A DNA stretch of 64,000 bases from Folioceros fuciformis (GCA_049999805.1 JBNGIO010006379.1:189614-253613); one strand, 5' to 3'. Positions 51,070-64,000 are shown, counted from the stretch's first letter. Notes: generated by a model from the letters alone, not told the origin. Numbers and translations: made by a program.

Positions 51070-52207
51070 TCATGAACAGCATTTCGATTGAGGGGTTGGT
51101 GTTGGTTTCTCGTCAATGATCACCATCCCTTTTCTTTGTGGATTCACAGCATTGGCCCTGTCCACTGTGCTTTTCCTACTCTCCAACAAACCTGCATATA
51201 GAGACGAATCAGTCATCAGCATAGCCATTGCAATTGTCATTACCTTGACTGAGACTACAAGAACAAAACAATCAAAAAACGAATTACGTTGTGCAACGTC
51301 CTGAAAAGGCTCTGTCACCCCAGTGTTCAACTTCGCAGAGGTCACAAAGTGAGTGGCTCCAATTGATTTCGCGTAACTGTTGACAAGCACAAAAACAACA
51401 AGCAACAAGTTGACATCAACAAGCTGAAATTATAAACGCGACTTGCATGACAAACGGAGAAACGTTGGAATGCAGGGCGAGCAAACCTCTCAGAATCCCG
51501 AAGATCCACCTTTCTTTGTCTATCCATGTCACTCTTGTTGGCAACAATAGTCATGACGATGTTTTTGGGAGCCATTTTCCGTAACTCTTTCACCCAGCTC
51601 TTAACTTTATCAAAACTGTCCTTGTCCAAGAGGTCATAGACCAACAACGCCGCTGCAATGCATTCCAGAACGTACCGAGAGTGAATTGACTGGATCGAAG
51701 CAGGTTGGAGGAGTGACAGGTCGACTCAAAATAGGCACTCACCGTCAGCATCTCTGTAATAGATGGGCCCGAGAGCATGGAATCGCTCCTGCCCAGCTGT
51801 ATCCTGTAATGGCGGAATTCAGTTCACAATGAGCATCAACGGCAGGGCAGAGACCACAACAAAAGAATGAGACGGAGATGCCGAAAATTGTTCCCGACAA
51901 GCTTACCCAGATTGCTAGTGTGACCGCCTGACCATCTACGCTGATACTCTTCGTCAGGTAAGAGGCCTGAATTGTGGCAGTTTGCTTCTCGGAGAAGACA
52001 TTGTTCACATATCGCAACACCAAGGACGTTTTCCCGACCCGGCCTGTAGAGATCATGAATTTACACCCAGCTTTCAGAAACGAACACACCACCATGTCAC
52101 AGCAACCGATCCAGCTACAGAATCCTAGGGTTCATCGTGGATTGCAGGGAACGAAACTGACCGTCTCCAAGAAGAACCAGCTTGAAGGGGACCGGACTAG
52201 GCTTCAT
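51070..52207 (-). CDS. RAB21: Rab21-type small GTPase, multi-exon
   Basis: MKPSPVPFKLVLLGD|GRVGKTSLVLRYV, TIQASYLTK, DTAGQERFHALGPIYYRDA, SWVKELRKM, NKSD, TSAKLN and prenylation site SKCCS*. Confidence 0.88.
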
Positions 52208-53085
52208 GCTGCGCTACAAAGTGCTCCCCCTTCTCGCTACTTCTGCCTTCAAATGCCACCCCGCGTGCCTGCCTAATGAGAGAGTGCATCCATGGCGTAG
52301 GCAAGCAACCCTGATTGCAAGCATAAAGCTTCTGTCTGCACTGAATCCCAGGTTCAGGGTCCAAATCAGCAGGCTCTACTGACCAGTCTGATTCATGCGC
52401 CTACAACTGCCCCTTCTTCCGTCATGTTTCCGTGATTCCCTGCCACTTGTCGTAGAAAAGCAAGTCATCGCACTGAAAGAGACTGCCTCCGACACACTCT
52501 CCCTTCGCCTTTTAAATGAAAACTCCCAAAATTCGCTGTCCCTCCAAGCTTATATGTAGGTACATGTACTTACAGAAATAAGCCACCTGCTCAGCACAAA
52601 TACACATACTGTAGCGGGCATTCGCTGGTTCCCGTTGTCGTTCGCCTGAACTGCAAGTAACGTCCTGGTTCACATGACAGCTGCTAATGAAGCAGCAAAG
52701 ACTGCCATCAATTGAACCTTTGCGGAATATACATGAATAATGTCCATGCTTCCAGCATATTTTTTGGCCATCTGCAAATCAAGCTGTTCCCGATCACCCA
52801 GTGTTGTTCGTCCTGACTTCCGAGAACAATCGGAGGCGGTCAGCTCCAGTAAGTTTCTAGGGTTCTGCATTTGGGTACGCGGTATGGCAAAATCCGACTT
52901 GGGTTGCTGCCGTCGTTGGTTGGAATCTGGAAATCGAGTTTGCTTCAGGTTGAAGTTCTGGGATGTACACAATCTAACAGGGATGAGCCAGCCCGATCTT
53001 TAGAAACGCTTCAGAAGATTGGGTCTGTACTTTGGGAATGCTGGGACGCCTATGATTAGACTGTCCCAGCTGTCTAACTACAGTC

Positions 53086-56000
53086 ATGGTTGCACTTATG
53101 GATTCTACGAAGGATGGCTCGGCGAGCCTGCAGATGGCTGCACAGGTGGCCTCGCATCAGACGAGAATGCAGAAAATCGTGTTGAGCTGGGATTATTTAA
53201 GACTGCTTGCGATGTCAAAGGTTGGAGATCCCATGGCTTGCGCGAGCTGGATTTGAATTTCTTGTTTACCTTGGCCCAGTACTCACTGTCGGACTCTTGG
53301 CAGGTTAAGGTGAAGAAGCGTAAATTTGGGGAGACTGCAGGAATGGACGGGGAATTGGCTCTGAAACCTGTTCCTGACTCGTTCCAGGATGCTTCGGATT
53401 ACATTAACGTGTTTGAGCCTCTGCTGCTCGAGGAGTGTCGAGCTCAGATTTTAAGGGGCGACGACGACGATAGTGAGTTGTTGTCAGGTTCTGAGGTGAA
53501 GAATGTAGGATATTGCTGCAGCAGACGCTAAGGTGGTGGTTTGTAACCTGTTTGGATTGAACAGCTAGAGCAAGGTTTCGGCAGGCTGGTCTGCTCAGTG
53601 CGGAGATGGCAAATGACTTCTACTTCGCTCGCTTTGCCATGCATGTTGATGTGACTAACGAGTTTACTGATAACGACCTTCTACTTATTACCAAGGAAAA
53701 GGTATCCACATTAGACCCTGGTAACAAAGTCGTTATGCCAACCTTGCCAGGAGAGGGGTCTCCAGAAGTGCAAAGTGGCTGCCTCAGACGAATTCACAAA
53801 AGTTTTTTTTGTGTTTGACAGCCAACGGAAGGAGGGCCGATGATGACCACTTATGCTTTTGCAACTGTTGAGAATCGTGAGCCTCGGGCATTGAAGATCC
53901 GGATGTTTCTGGATGAGCATGGCATCAAAGATGTTGCATTCGTCAAAAATGAGGCAGCAATGCGTCTGCGTGCTGCCTTGCAACCTCATACAGGATGGTG
54001 GATCCTCAAGGTATTTGGTATTTCAATGTTTCTCATGGCTAAGTAGTGAATGTTTCAATACGTATGACGAAGATTGCAAGCTTGTGCAGTACTGATTGTC
54101 ACCCATTTTGCAGCTCTCCAACTTTTCTACAATACTGAGGGAATACACAGCTCTCAGAGCTGTAGCTAAATTGCCCTTTCTTGATGTCATTCTCACCGGG
54201 AAGCTCCCAGGGGCGGATTCCCCCCCGCAAGCCTCAGTCCCTGGTGCTTGGAACATACCTAAACCTCTCAAACAGTACCTGGAAGCAAATCACAATGACT
54301 CACAGCTCCAGGCGATACAGGCATGCCTTGCAAACTGCCTTGTCGTCTGTAACCCAAGATTGGTCAACTTTCTATTGACTTTTTGGAGGACTTGTCAGCT
54401 TCTTACTGATTTGTGTGTCACATGCAGGCCGGCCTAAATCGAACACCGCTTGTGCTAATACAGGTCCGTTAACTCAAAACGTTTATATTCTGAATCTCTC
54501 ATCCAGCAGCGATTAGTGACGTGACCTTAGGGATGTCTTGAAGTCTGTTCTGCATTCTTAAATGGTCCTATTGTTTTCTGTCTTTTAATCCAGGGACCAC
54601 CTGGTACAGGCAAGACTCAGACCATACTGGGCCTCCTTAGTGTCATATTGCATGCGACTCTTGCAAAACTTCCCAAGTATGTTCGTTTATCCATTCCATT
54701 ATTCCCCATGTCATCGAGGGTCTTGCTGGGCTTAGGGAACTTACTATGTGCTATGCTAATTGTGACACTTGTTGGGGCTTGCTCTGTTGAAGTATCTTGA
54801 AAGCAGATGCATGTGCTGGTTGTGCAGATATAATGACGCATCCATGTTAGAAAGGCTGGGATTGCCGTTCGAAGAAAGGTAAGTTGAAGTATGGACCTTG
54901 AATTGTTGCTCGAACCAGATCTTGGATGGAAGGATTCCGGAATGGCTTGTGCTTGGGGACTGCACTGATGTGAATAATGGTTGTTGGTGTACAGAGTACA
55001 ACATTGGATGAAAGCCTCTCCCTGGATGTGTGCTAGAAAAAACCCTCGAGAATCTGATGAACACATGCCTTCTGATGGTGATGGTGGTTTCTTCCCAACC
55101 TCGGGAAACCCTTTTGTAATGATCAGATCTTCTACCTGTTCCTCTTGGTTGTATCCAGCAATTTTTGGCCGGTGAGTGTTGTGGAGAAGACCACGAAGTT
55201 CTGATTTGGTGTGCCTGTTAAATGGCAGAAACCAGAACTGGTGGGAGCAAAGAGAAAGCACCGTGCACATGTATTGGTTTGTGCACCGTCTAATTCAGCT
55301 TTGGATGAGATCGTGCTGCGCCTAGTGAATACAGGTCAGTGCCTCACACAGACTAAATGGCCATAAACAAGAAAATATGAAGACAAGTGTTTGCTCACTA
55401 ATTTAGCCTCTGTACATGGCGTGCTGTCCTCAACATCTCCTTTTTTTGGGTTTTTGCTTTGGCGTATTTTTGTAGGTCTGCATGATGAAAGTGGTATGCT
55501 CTATACTCCTAGTGTCGTAAGGGTGGGGCTGAATGCACATCACTCTGTTCAAGCTGTGTCAATGGACAATTTGGTGAGCAATTTGCAAGGTATCCTTTGT
55601 CTTTCTGAGTTGCTCGTAGGTTTCTCGTTCATTGTCTTACCATTCCAGCATATGCTGCATTCAGGTGGCTCAGCGTTTGAGCAGCATGCAACGATCTGGT
55701 GGGTCTGGTGCAGTCCGTGCGGGTGATGAGCGTGACCGCATGCGTGCTTTGATTCTTGAGGAGACTGCAATAGTGTGTGGTTCTTGCTTGGCCCTTGTGT
55801 GCAATTTTGCTCCTCAGTTTATGCTGCTTATGTTTACCCCTTGTAAATCATATCAACAATTGCATCTGATGCATCTGAGCAGGTCTGTTCCACGTTAAGC
55901 TTTAGTGGTGCTGCAATCTTTAGCCGGATGAAACGTGGCTTTGATGTAGTGGTGATCGATGAAGCGGCTCAAGCTGTGAGCATGCGTGTCCCACTGATGT

Positions 56001-57656
56001 ATCTATGCAACGTTTCCTTTCTGCCCATTACTGAGCGTGAAGTTGATTACTTTTGGTTGGACAGGTTGAACCATCTACTCTGGTGCCTCTCATGCATGGA
56101 TGCAAGCAGGTGTTTCTTGTAAGGCTCCTTCGTCCTGTCATTTGCCATTGTGCCAAAGGTTCGAATTGTTCTTGTCTTTGATTGTTTGTGCTAAATTTGT
56201 AGGTTGGAGATCCCATTCAGCTGCCGGCCACCGTTCTATCGTCTTTGGCGGTCCAACATGGGTAGAAGTTATTCCACGGTCTAAGCTGCAATGAATAAGT
56301 TGCACCTGCTCTCCAATTTCTTATTACGTAGTTGTTGTTCCAGCTATGAGAAAAGTCTGTTTCGGCGGCTACAAAAGGCAGGGTACCCCGTGCAGATGCT
56401 AAAAACTCAGTATCGCATGCATCCTCAGGTGCATTCATCAGTTCTCCTACTTTCTAACCGTTCAGAAGGGTTAAGAATGGTTGTTCGTAACATGTCTGTC
56501 TATTGTATTGTTAGAACAGATCAGAGAATTCCCTTCAAGGGAGTTCTATGATGAAAAACTGGAAGATGGAGAGACTGTGCTGCAGCAAACCAAACGTCAA
56601 TGGCATGAACATCGTTGCTTTGGACCTTTTGCCTTCTTCGACGTGGCAGGAGAAGAAACTCAGCCGGCTGGCAGTGGATCGTGGGTTAATCATGAAGAGG
56701 TTGAGTTTATCCTGGTCCTCTACAGGCACTTTGTGGTAAGGTATCCAGAGCTCAAGGGAGGACCTCGTGTGGCTATCATTTCACCATATAAGCAACAGGT
56801 TAAGCTTCTCCGGGAACGCTTCAAGGAGATGGTTGGGGTGGAAACCGCTCGTCTAATCGACGTAAACACTGTGGATGGTTTCCAGGTGCTTCACGTTTTT
56901 GTTCTTGTAAAAGCGTTTGCTCACTTGTCGGATATCGTGGCGTCTCCGAGCCATGTCTGCTGCTGATACGCCCTCTTGGCTCATAACTGCTGTTCTGGGG
57001 GGAGGGGGATTTCAGGGACGAGAGAAGGATGTGGCTATATTCTCTTGTGTTCGAGCCAATGCCAGTGGAAGCATCGGTTTTGTGGCCGATTATCGAAGGA
57101 TGAATGTCGGTCTTACCCGTGCTAGAACTTCTATGCTGGTGAGTTTGTAACCTGTACGTGAAACGCAAGATATGCGTGACCCCGTCGGTATCAGGTCTCG
57201 GATTTAGTTGACTTTAGGCTGGTTGCCATTGTCTTCAGGTTGTTGGAAGTGCGAAGACGTTGGCATTTGACAAGCGGTGGAATAATTTAGTGGAAAGTGC
57301 AAAGAGGCGCAAACGATTCTTTGAGGTTTGTGTCCTTTCATTAGCTTGGATGCAACGACAACTCTCATGTTTGCTAGCGTCAGCAGATGGTGGATACGTG
57401 CTGTTGACATTCGATTATTGTCTGGGAACAGGTTCAAAAACCTTTCAATCAATTGTTCAGCGAGGAAAGTCTAGCTGCCATGAAAACCCTGGAAGAGGAG
57501 GAAGAGGGAGGTGCCGAGGGCTTAGAGTCTGAAGCTGTGGTTATTCAGGATACGAAGGTGTCCGATTTTGACAGCTTAGTCAAAGGGGTGGAAGATGCAG
57601 ACGTGGAGGATGCAGGAAGCTTTGGAGACTATGATGATGAAGTCGACGACTCCTAG
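53086..57656 (+). CDS. MAA3: Sen1/senataxin-like SF1 helicase MAGATAMA3, multi-exon
   Basis: [93 protein letters not shown] and [10 protein letters not shown]. Confidence 0.92.
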
Positions 57657-60202
57657 TACACCTTCACATGGAGGCACCTGCAAGAAATGTATCACCAACT
57701 GCTCAAGTGAGATGCAACGTGCACCTCCGCTGGCACCGTAAAGGTTGATAGGTATACTCCCTTTTCAATGTTTTTGGGACTTACTGATTGCTTTGGTTGC
57801 TAGTTTTGGACTTCTCGCTGGTTGTTTGACCTTTGGATAGCGATGCAGGATTTCATCATTGGAACGCTTCTGTGCAGGTGAGAGTAATTCCTTGCTGTGG
57901 AATTGGGAAGTGTGCCCCACCGTCACATGCTTCCCTGCGCACGTGCAAGGCGTTCATTGCCTTTCGTCCTGAGTATTTAGATGAAGCGTCCGTGAAGCAG
58001 CCAGCCGGTAAGAAAGGTACAGTGAGACACTCGGCCGGTGGAACTGGTTCTTTCCAATTTGAACCGCAGGATCGACCAATACTCAAAGCAACTCCTTTCC
58101 CTGGATTTGAACCGCAGGGTAGCTTTGTACCTGCATGTCGGTTAAGTTGAGTTGAAGGATGGTACGGGTGTTGAACTGTCCATGGAGGAATTGAAGAACG
58201 TGAAGAAGAGGAATGCAGGAACTCAATGCATTGTTTGTCTTCTAAATGTTAACCCTCTTGTCACTTGTGTTGACAATGAAAAGCGATTCCTGCTTTCCAT
58301 ACGTTGTGGTGTTTGGTCCATGCAAACTGTAAACCATTAGCTGTGAATGTAATGTGAACGTAAACTTTGAAGGTGCTATAGTGTCTATGTAGCTTGTTTT
58401 GAACATGGTTTTGAAGTAAGACCGCCGCTGCCAAGGGCATGAATGGTACTGAGATAGCCATGTGTTATATGTTTTGTCCTTCACGCACCCAACGTAGAGG
58501 ACAGGAACATGGTGGGCGTCTGGGATTTACTGATGAACCCTAACCCTATTTTAGTTTTCTGTATATAAATAAGGGTGCCCTCGTTCTTATAGTTCAGAGC
58601 TTAGTTGTGGAGGTCTGCTTGTTAGCGGTTGTGCTCCGATTCCTTTCCGGTCAATCCTTGTGCGTATGCAGTGGAATTGGTCGTCTGCTGCGTCTCATCA
58701 GTAAGGTGATTTCGCGGCTAGCATCATCGCAGACGAAGTGTTGCTTCTGCCTTGGGGGCAGACGGCCTCTTTTGCAGATGGAGTAAGGAGTACGTTTGGC
58801 TGGTAACCTAGCTCCCGTTCGAGAGAAGTAGGGGCGGGAGCTGAAGTCAGCGGGCATGTGGTCTGGGATTTGAAGTGCTGGTGGTAGACTTGTGTCGCTA
58901 GGCGTGCCCCAGATCACGGCGGTTTCGGCTGTCTGGCCTATTTTTATGTTCTGTCACCTGATGTCTGTGTTTACCACAGTCGATGTGTGGTGCGAAAAGT
59001 GAGCTCTGTTGCCATTGATGATAACCAATCAAGCGTAAGTTGCGGTGTCGTCGAGACCTTGCTTTGTAAGGTGAACCTACTCGCTCACCACCGCTTTCTA
59101 TGGCGCATACCTCTTCTGAGGCGTTTCGAGTGAAGTGCTCTGTAGTGATTCATGTTGGGTCCGAGTTAACGGGTAGGGAATGTGATGACGTATTGTCGCC
59201 CCAGTTTGGCTGCTGTCGACAGCGTTGTGGACCCGAAGTATTCGTGCCGCGTGTTTGAAATGCGTGTTTTAGGTCAAAAAGGTGTCTTTGGGAGGTGTGC
59301 CTATTTGAGTGAGCTGTCCGCACCTGACGCAATATCTCGAGGATGATAATCCTAAGGCTAGTTTCTCAAAACATTCGCAGTGGCCGCCTGAGAGTTTTCG
59401 TCCCGCCAGGCTTGAGAACTGATGCGGTAGAACTTCCTTGGATATCTGAGAGTAGCAAATCAAAAGTAGAAGAACGAGGAGACTTCGGTTCATGATCAAC
59501 TTAGGTTTTCTGTCCCAGTCTTGCTTTCATGTTGCCACTTGTCCTGATCGGAGTTTTAGACGCATCGCGCTACAAGCTGCTCCTTCCCAGACTTGTAGGT
59601 CGCGTAGAGCTAGTGAAATCATCGAGCGAGAGTAGGCGGTAAACCAGCCTGTGGTCAGTTTGCGTTTTAAGACTATCCCGGAGGACAAACTCGGTTGCAA
59701 ATTCTGAGCAAACAGGGACAGACTCCGAGGAAATGGGACGACCCTCTTGATGTAAGGATTGAAATGAAGATTGTTCTCCAAACACCAAAAGAATTGCAAG
59801 TAGCAATTCAGCACATCCTGAAGTATCTATTGCACACTTCGAGCGCGAAGACAAACTCACGAAGTTACTCCTCCAAAACCGCACACAATGACTTGGGAAG
59901 CTGACACAATTCACGGACGCTTCTCCTTCTCCTGTAATGCGAGTGATTTCAATCCTCGTTCAGTCGCCAACATAAAGCTCATCATAGAAAACTTGACACC
60001 GACGCGTAAGGCGCTTCAGGCAATCCACACTTGCGAAGCCATGGGGCTCTCGCAAGACGTGAGTAGGGAGGCCGAGTGGGACGCCGAGGCGGAAGGGAGC
60101 GGCAAATGCAGGCGAACATCCACCCTTCCTCCGGGCGTGCGTGAGCTTGAGCCGTCACAGAACCCTGCCACTGCACGGCTGTGACGCTGTGATGCGTGTC
60201 CG

Positions 60203-60388
60203 TTAGCCGGAGAGGCTGCCGATGCTGCCGTATCGCTGGCTCCGGAGCGACAGGCGCCCGAGAAGGAGCGAGGAGATAGAGCGCACCAGCCGCGACGCAA
60301 TGGCCTTCTTCACGGCCCCTCGCCTGGGCCGCCGACGCTGCTGCTTGGCCGGAGTGCTCCGCTGCTGGACCTGCTGCAGGTGCGCCAT
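60203..60388 (-). CDS. Small basic protein (61 aa), paralog of 62136-62363
   Basis: MAHLQQ...RRRPRRGAVKKAIASRLVRSISSLL...YGSIGSLSG*. Supported by a paralog conserved at protein level. Confidence 0.6.
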   Translation of the reverse strand: MAHLQQVQQRSTPAKQQRRRPRRGAVKKAIASRLVRSISSLLLGRLSLRSQRYGSIGSLSG

Positions 60389-62135
60389 GGCGGATTCTTG
60401 AAGCTTGCTCCGAGCTTGGAGGAAGTCGAGGAACAAGACGTCGACACGAGCTGATACTGAGACGTCTCCGATGCCGGAAAGAGCACTTGAAGTGGAGACT
60501 GCAGCAGCACGACTGCAACACCGGAGACAAGAGGAGACGAGAGTCGCGAATGCGAGAATGTGAGCTTTCCACAACAAGCTTGTTTGCTGTGTGTGCAGAT
60601 ATTCGGCAACGAAGGCAGCCATGGTTTTATGTGCCCTCCTCCTGGCCTCCAGCCCTCGTCCCTCCATCCACCCTTCCAAGGTCGTTGTTGACGCTGTTGA
60701 CTAGTCGCAGCCACGAAATGGGCACGAGGTTCTCGCTAGCCGCCAAGCGAAGTACAGGAAGCACATGGCTCAGATACATACATACTTGGGGCGTCTTGCC
60801 CTCTACTTGAGGTACAGTATATACTATCTACCTATCCATAGTATCCGTACTGTCAAAGCTTCGCCTCCTGGACCTCTTTTTGTCTTTTAGCCGGGTTCTT
60901 TCACATATTAAAATGAAAATACAGTATCCACTTGTTTCCCGATACATGCACAAGTACTGCTCCCGTACATGATGCCTGTCACGTGCATGGCAAATTGGCG
61001 AGATCGTCAAAGTTACATACTGTACTTAAAATTATGAAACATGTACCGCTACATTAGGTAGGTATTCATGAGATTCTTGCCCCACTTTGCAAGCTCGTTG
61101 AATAAACATGTGCAAAACGTTGTTGGCTGAGATAGGGACTGGAGACCTACCACGAGCTCGTAAGGCAGCCAAGTATCAGCCATCGTCGCCAACGTAGGCC
61201 ACACGGCTACATGCGCTTCACAAGCTCTCGGCATGTGGGCGGATGCGCTGGACGATGCGATCGCTGTGATAGCTGGATTCAGACCTTGACTGAGGCTGCC
61301 GTAGGGCGTGAGGCTTCCGAGGGATGGCATTCCGGCCTGGGAGGAAGGAAATTGATGGGCGCAGGCAAATGTGACTTGCTGGGGGACGAGCAGCTGGGGA
61401 AGGGGAGGNNNNNNNNNNNNNNNNNNNNNNNNNNNNNNNNNNNNNNNNNNNNNNNNNNNNNNNNNNNNNNNNNNNNNNNNNNNNNNNNNNNNNNNNNNNN
61501 NNNNNNNNCAGCTGGGGAAGGGGAGGTAGGGGACTCGGAGAGCGATTCTCTCATACACAATGTGGGAAAACTGCGACAAGAACACGCAATTTATTGCAAT
61601 TACAGAAGCCCTTGTTTGCACTCTATCTTACATTCTGAAGTGAGGTGGAGTAGCAGCGATGGTACAGAAGAGGACCTGTGCCGTGCTACCTACTCAATTC
61701 TACAAAGGCTTCAAGCCATGATACATAATCCGGCATGTATATGAGCAAGTCTTGCGAAAGCACAAGTTTGAGATATCTACCCTCGCGTGATTGATCAGGA
61801 ATGAAGAAACACGGCGAACCAAGAATTCCAAAATGTTCCTCACGGCCCCACAGGGCACAGCACCTGCTTGAGGGTCACAGCAGGCCTGGAGCGCATGGTG
61901 GGAAGAGGATGCATTTGGTCCACGAAATGTTCGCCTGGTGTAGGAGCGCCATCGAGTTCAATCCGACGCAACCAAAGGCCAGCGCAGGCAGTGCAGACGT
62001 CAGCCTTCACACATCCATCCAATGTCGTCCGTGGTTCGTGCAGCCGGGCGCGGCTGAAGAAGTTTAGGGAGTTTCCAAGATCCGAACTCGCCAACTCTTA
62101 CGAGAATTGGCGCCTCGCCAATTCTCCCTCTTCCC

Positions 62136-62363
62136 TCAGCCAGAGAGGCTGGAAATGCTGGAGAGGCTGTTGCAGCTCCCCCCGACGCTGCCCGCGTATC
62201 TGAAGCTCCTGTTCGAGATCCCCCCGATGAGGGACGAGACGGAATGCAGCAGTTTGCAGGCGATGGCGGCCTTGACAGCCCCCCGCCTGCGCCGGCGCCG
62301 CTTGCCCGCGGCCGACATGGCCAGCGTCCCGGGCCTCGGCGCGCTCACATCCATCTGCGCCAT
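62136..62363 (-). CDS. Small basic protein (75 aa), paralog of 60203-60388
   Basis: MAQMDV...KRRRRRRGAVKAAIACKLLHSVSSLI...SISSLSG*. Confidence 0.6.
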   Translation of the reverse strand: MAQMDVSAPRPGTLAMSAAGKRRRRRRGAVKAAIACKLLHSVSSLIGGISNRSFRYAGSVGGSCNSLSSISSLSG

Positions 62364-63255
62364 CGAGTTGCTAGTTTGATCTTGCGGGCTCGCTGTTGCT
62401 GTTCCAGTTGCAGTTGTTCCGGAGGAGGACCCTGCAGAGTAGAATGCAGACTTGAGGCTTCGGCCGCCACACCAGAAGAGAGCAAAGAGGAAAGCGCAAT
62501 TTTCAAAATGCCCGACAGGAGCTTTTAACCGACAGAGGAGCAGGCAGGGGGCACAGATATGCTCAGGGAATCAAGTTTGCCGCAGGGAGGCCAGCGGAGG
62601 AAGCAGGGGAGGAAGGCGCCGAAGCTAGGGCCACAGCGACTGCGGGAAGACGTCAAGGCTAACTTGGACCGGCCCAAATATCACGCGGCACAAGGGATGG
62701 ACAGCACGCTGGTCCGTTTTAGGGTTGAGACTTGCGTGATCTTCAGGACAAAGACGCCGTAGCGTGCGGCACAAGGAGGAGGATATTCTAGGAGATGCTC
62801 TCTGGCATCTCCCAATTCTCTGCGCTGTGACTGGCCGCTGGCTGCTAGCCGCTGGCTGCTGCTCCCTGTACCGTGGGATAAAAACAACGTGTCCAAAAGT
62901 TGGTGTCCATCCCCTGGCCGCTGCTTCCTCCAGCCCCCTGAGGCTCTCCACTGGAAGCTGAACAGTGGCCCAACGGACACGGACGGGGCGCCCATTGATT
63001 AGAGGCCTCCTGGCCTCCTGGCAAGGCTGGCCTCGGTCATTGAGGGCCGCTGCTATCAGAGAACCTGAGTAGGCTGCAAGAAAGACAGTAGTCAATACGC
63101 GCGGCCACGTCTGCAACATCGCTTACAGATGAAGACTTCCCTGTTGACGGATGATCCTCAACACTGCGGACCTTTGAACTACTCTATCCAAAGCAGGCAG
63201 ACTCGCAGGTAAAAGATTAAATTGAAGGGTACAGTGCAACTAAGTCGCATGACTG

Positions 63256-63327
63256 AGGAGGCAACCAGGGTTGAACTGGTGACCTATCGGACTGCAGCCG
63301 ATTGCTCTACCACTGAGCTATACCTCC
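63256..63327 (-). tRNA. trnC-GCA: tRNA-Cys (GCA), intronless
   Basis: Cloverleaf: acceptor GGAGGTA/TGCCTCC, D arm GCTC-AGTGGTA-GAGC, anticodon ATCGG-CTGCAGT-CCGAT, T arm ACCAG-TTCAACC-CTGGT, discriminator U. Confidence 0.95.
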
Positions 63328-63399
63328 CTATAGCCATGTTTCACATTAGCTTATATTTATATCAATTTAAATAAAAGAACATTTCAAATGTGAATAAAG

Positions 63400-64000
63400 T
63401 TAGTGACAATTTAGATCTTTCTCTACAGCAAGAGAAAGGCCAGAGTTCTTAAATTCTACATGTAGTGCTTGCGTTGTCGATGGTTCTTGTTTTCCCAATA
63501 TACCTTTGAAGACTTGAGCAAATATAACTCTCGATTCAAACAATGGCAAAAATGTGCAAACAATAGATGAGAATAGTGCCCAAATGATGGAGATAACGAC
63601 CCATAGCGTGAAGTATTTCTGTGAACAAGAATAATGTAATTGAAATTAAGCATCAAATAAGTGTACATAATGTAGCTGCGTCTATTCATACACGAATGAC
63701 TTTGGCATGTAGAATGACTTACCTCCGAAAAGACACCTGCCGGTAGGGCAAGGAGAGGCCAAACTATGCAGGTGATGAAAATGATTCCCAATGCAATGAA
63801 TAGGGTGAGTCGAAAATATCGCTCCATGGCTTTCTGGTCGTTCTGATCGTATTGTGATATGTCGATGCCATCCATCACCTCTATCTGTTGGAATCTGCTG
63901 CATACGTGGTACCGGGGTTAGCAGCTTAGCCATCTGAGGTTAGAGCTTTGGGTATCCACATGTGTGTCAAAATCCAGAGTTCGCACCTTCCGTAGCTGTC
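63400..64000 (-). CDS. DUR3: DUR3-like urea/solute:symporter, 3' exons only (gene continues beyond the window)
   Basis: IVWPLLALPAGVFSE|KYFTLWVVISIIWALFSSIVCTFLPLFES matches the DUR3 C-terminal TM helices. TAA at 63400-63402. Confidence 0.75.

Noticed and set aside
57833-58150. 105-aa ORF after MAA3
   Set aside because: TTG start, no motif, and probably within the MAA3 3' UTR region.
61049-61744. ORFs of 177-190 aa
   Set aside because: They are open only because they run through the 100-N gap and have no recognisable domain.

Overview
Eukaryotic (land-plant) nuclear DNA. It is gene-dense with short introns and contains five N gaps. The gene set (a DYW:KP/GRP-type PPR protein, RAB21) points to a seed-free plant, most plausibly a hornwort; this is an inference. 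In order, the window holds: two tandem DUF1218 membrane-protein genes; a degenerate TE-like tract; MSI1; PRA1; two TSC10/KDSR-like reductases flanking a bacterial-type poly(A) polymerase-family gene; an orphan hydrophobic ORF; RanGAP; an NYN/C2H2 gene; a YceD (DUF177) gene; an intact PLS-class PPR gene and a decayed tandem copy; a Copia remnant whose RT motif has been amplified into a satellite; a double-XS-domain gene; a divergent double-AP2 ORF; RAB21; the MAA3/Sen1-like helicase; two paralogous small basic ORFs; tRNA-Cys(GCA); and the 3' end of a DUR3-like transporter. The standout is the PPR gene at 30889-33849. Its deaminase domain has KP instead of the PG box, HAE instead of HSE and a GRP C-terminus instead of DYW, the signature of reverse (U-to-C) organellar RNA editing factors. 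Family assignments come from motif recognition only; no searches were run. Coordinates of multi-exon genes are gene spans, and some 5' ends are uncertain.
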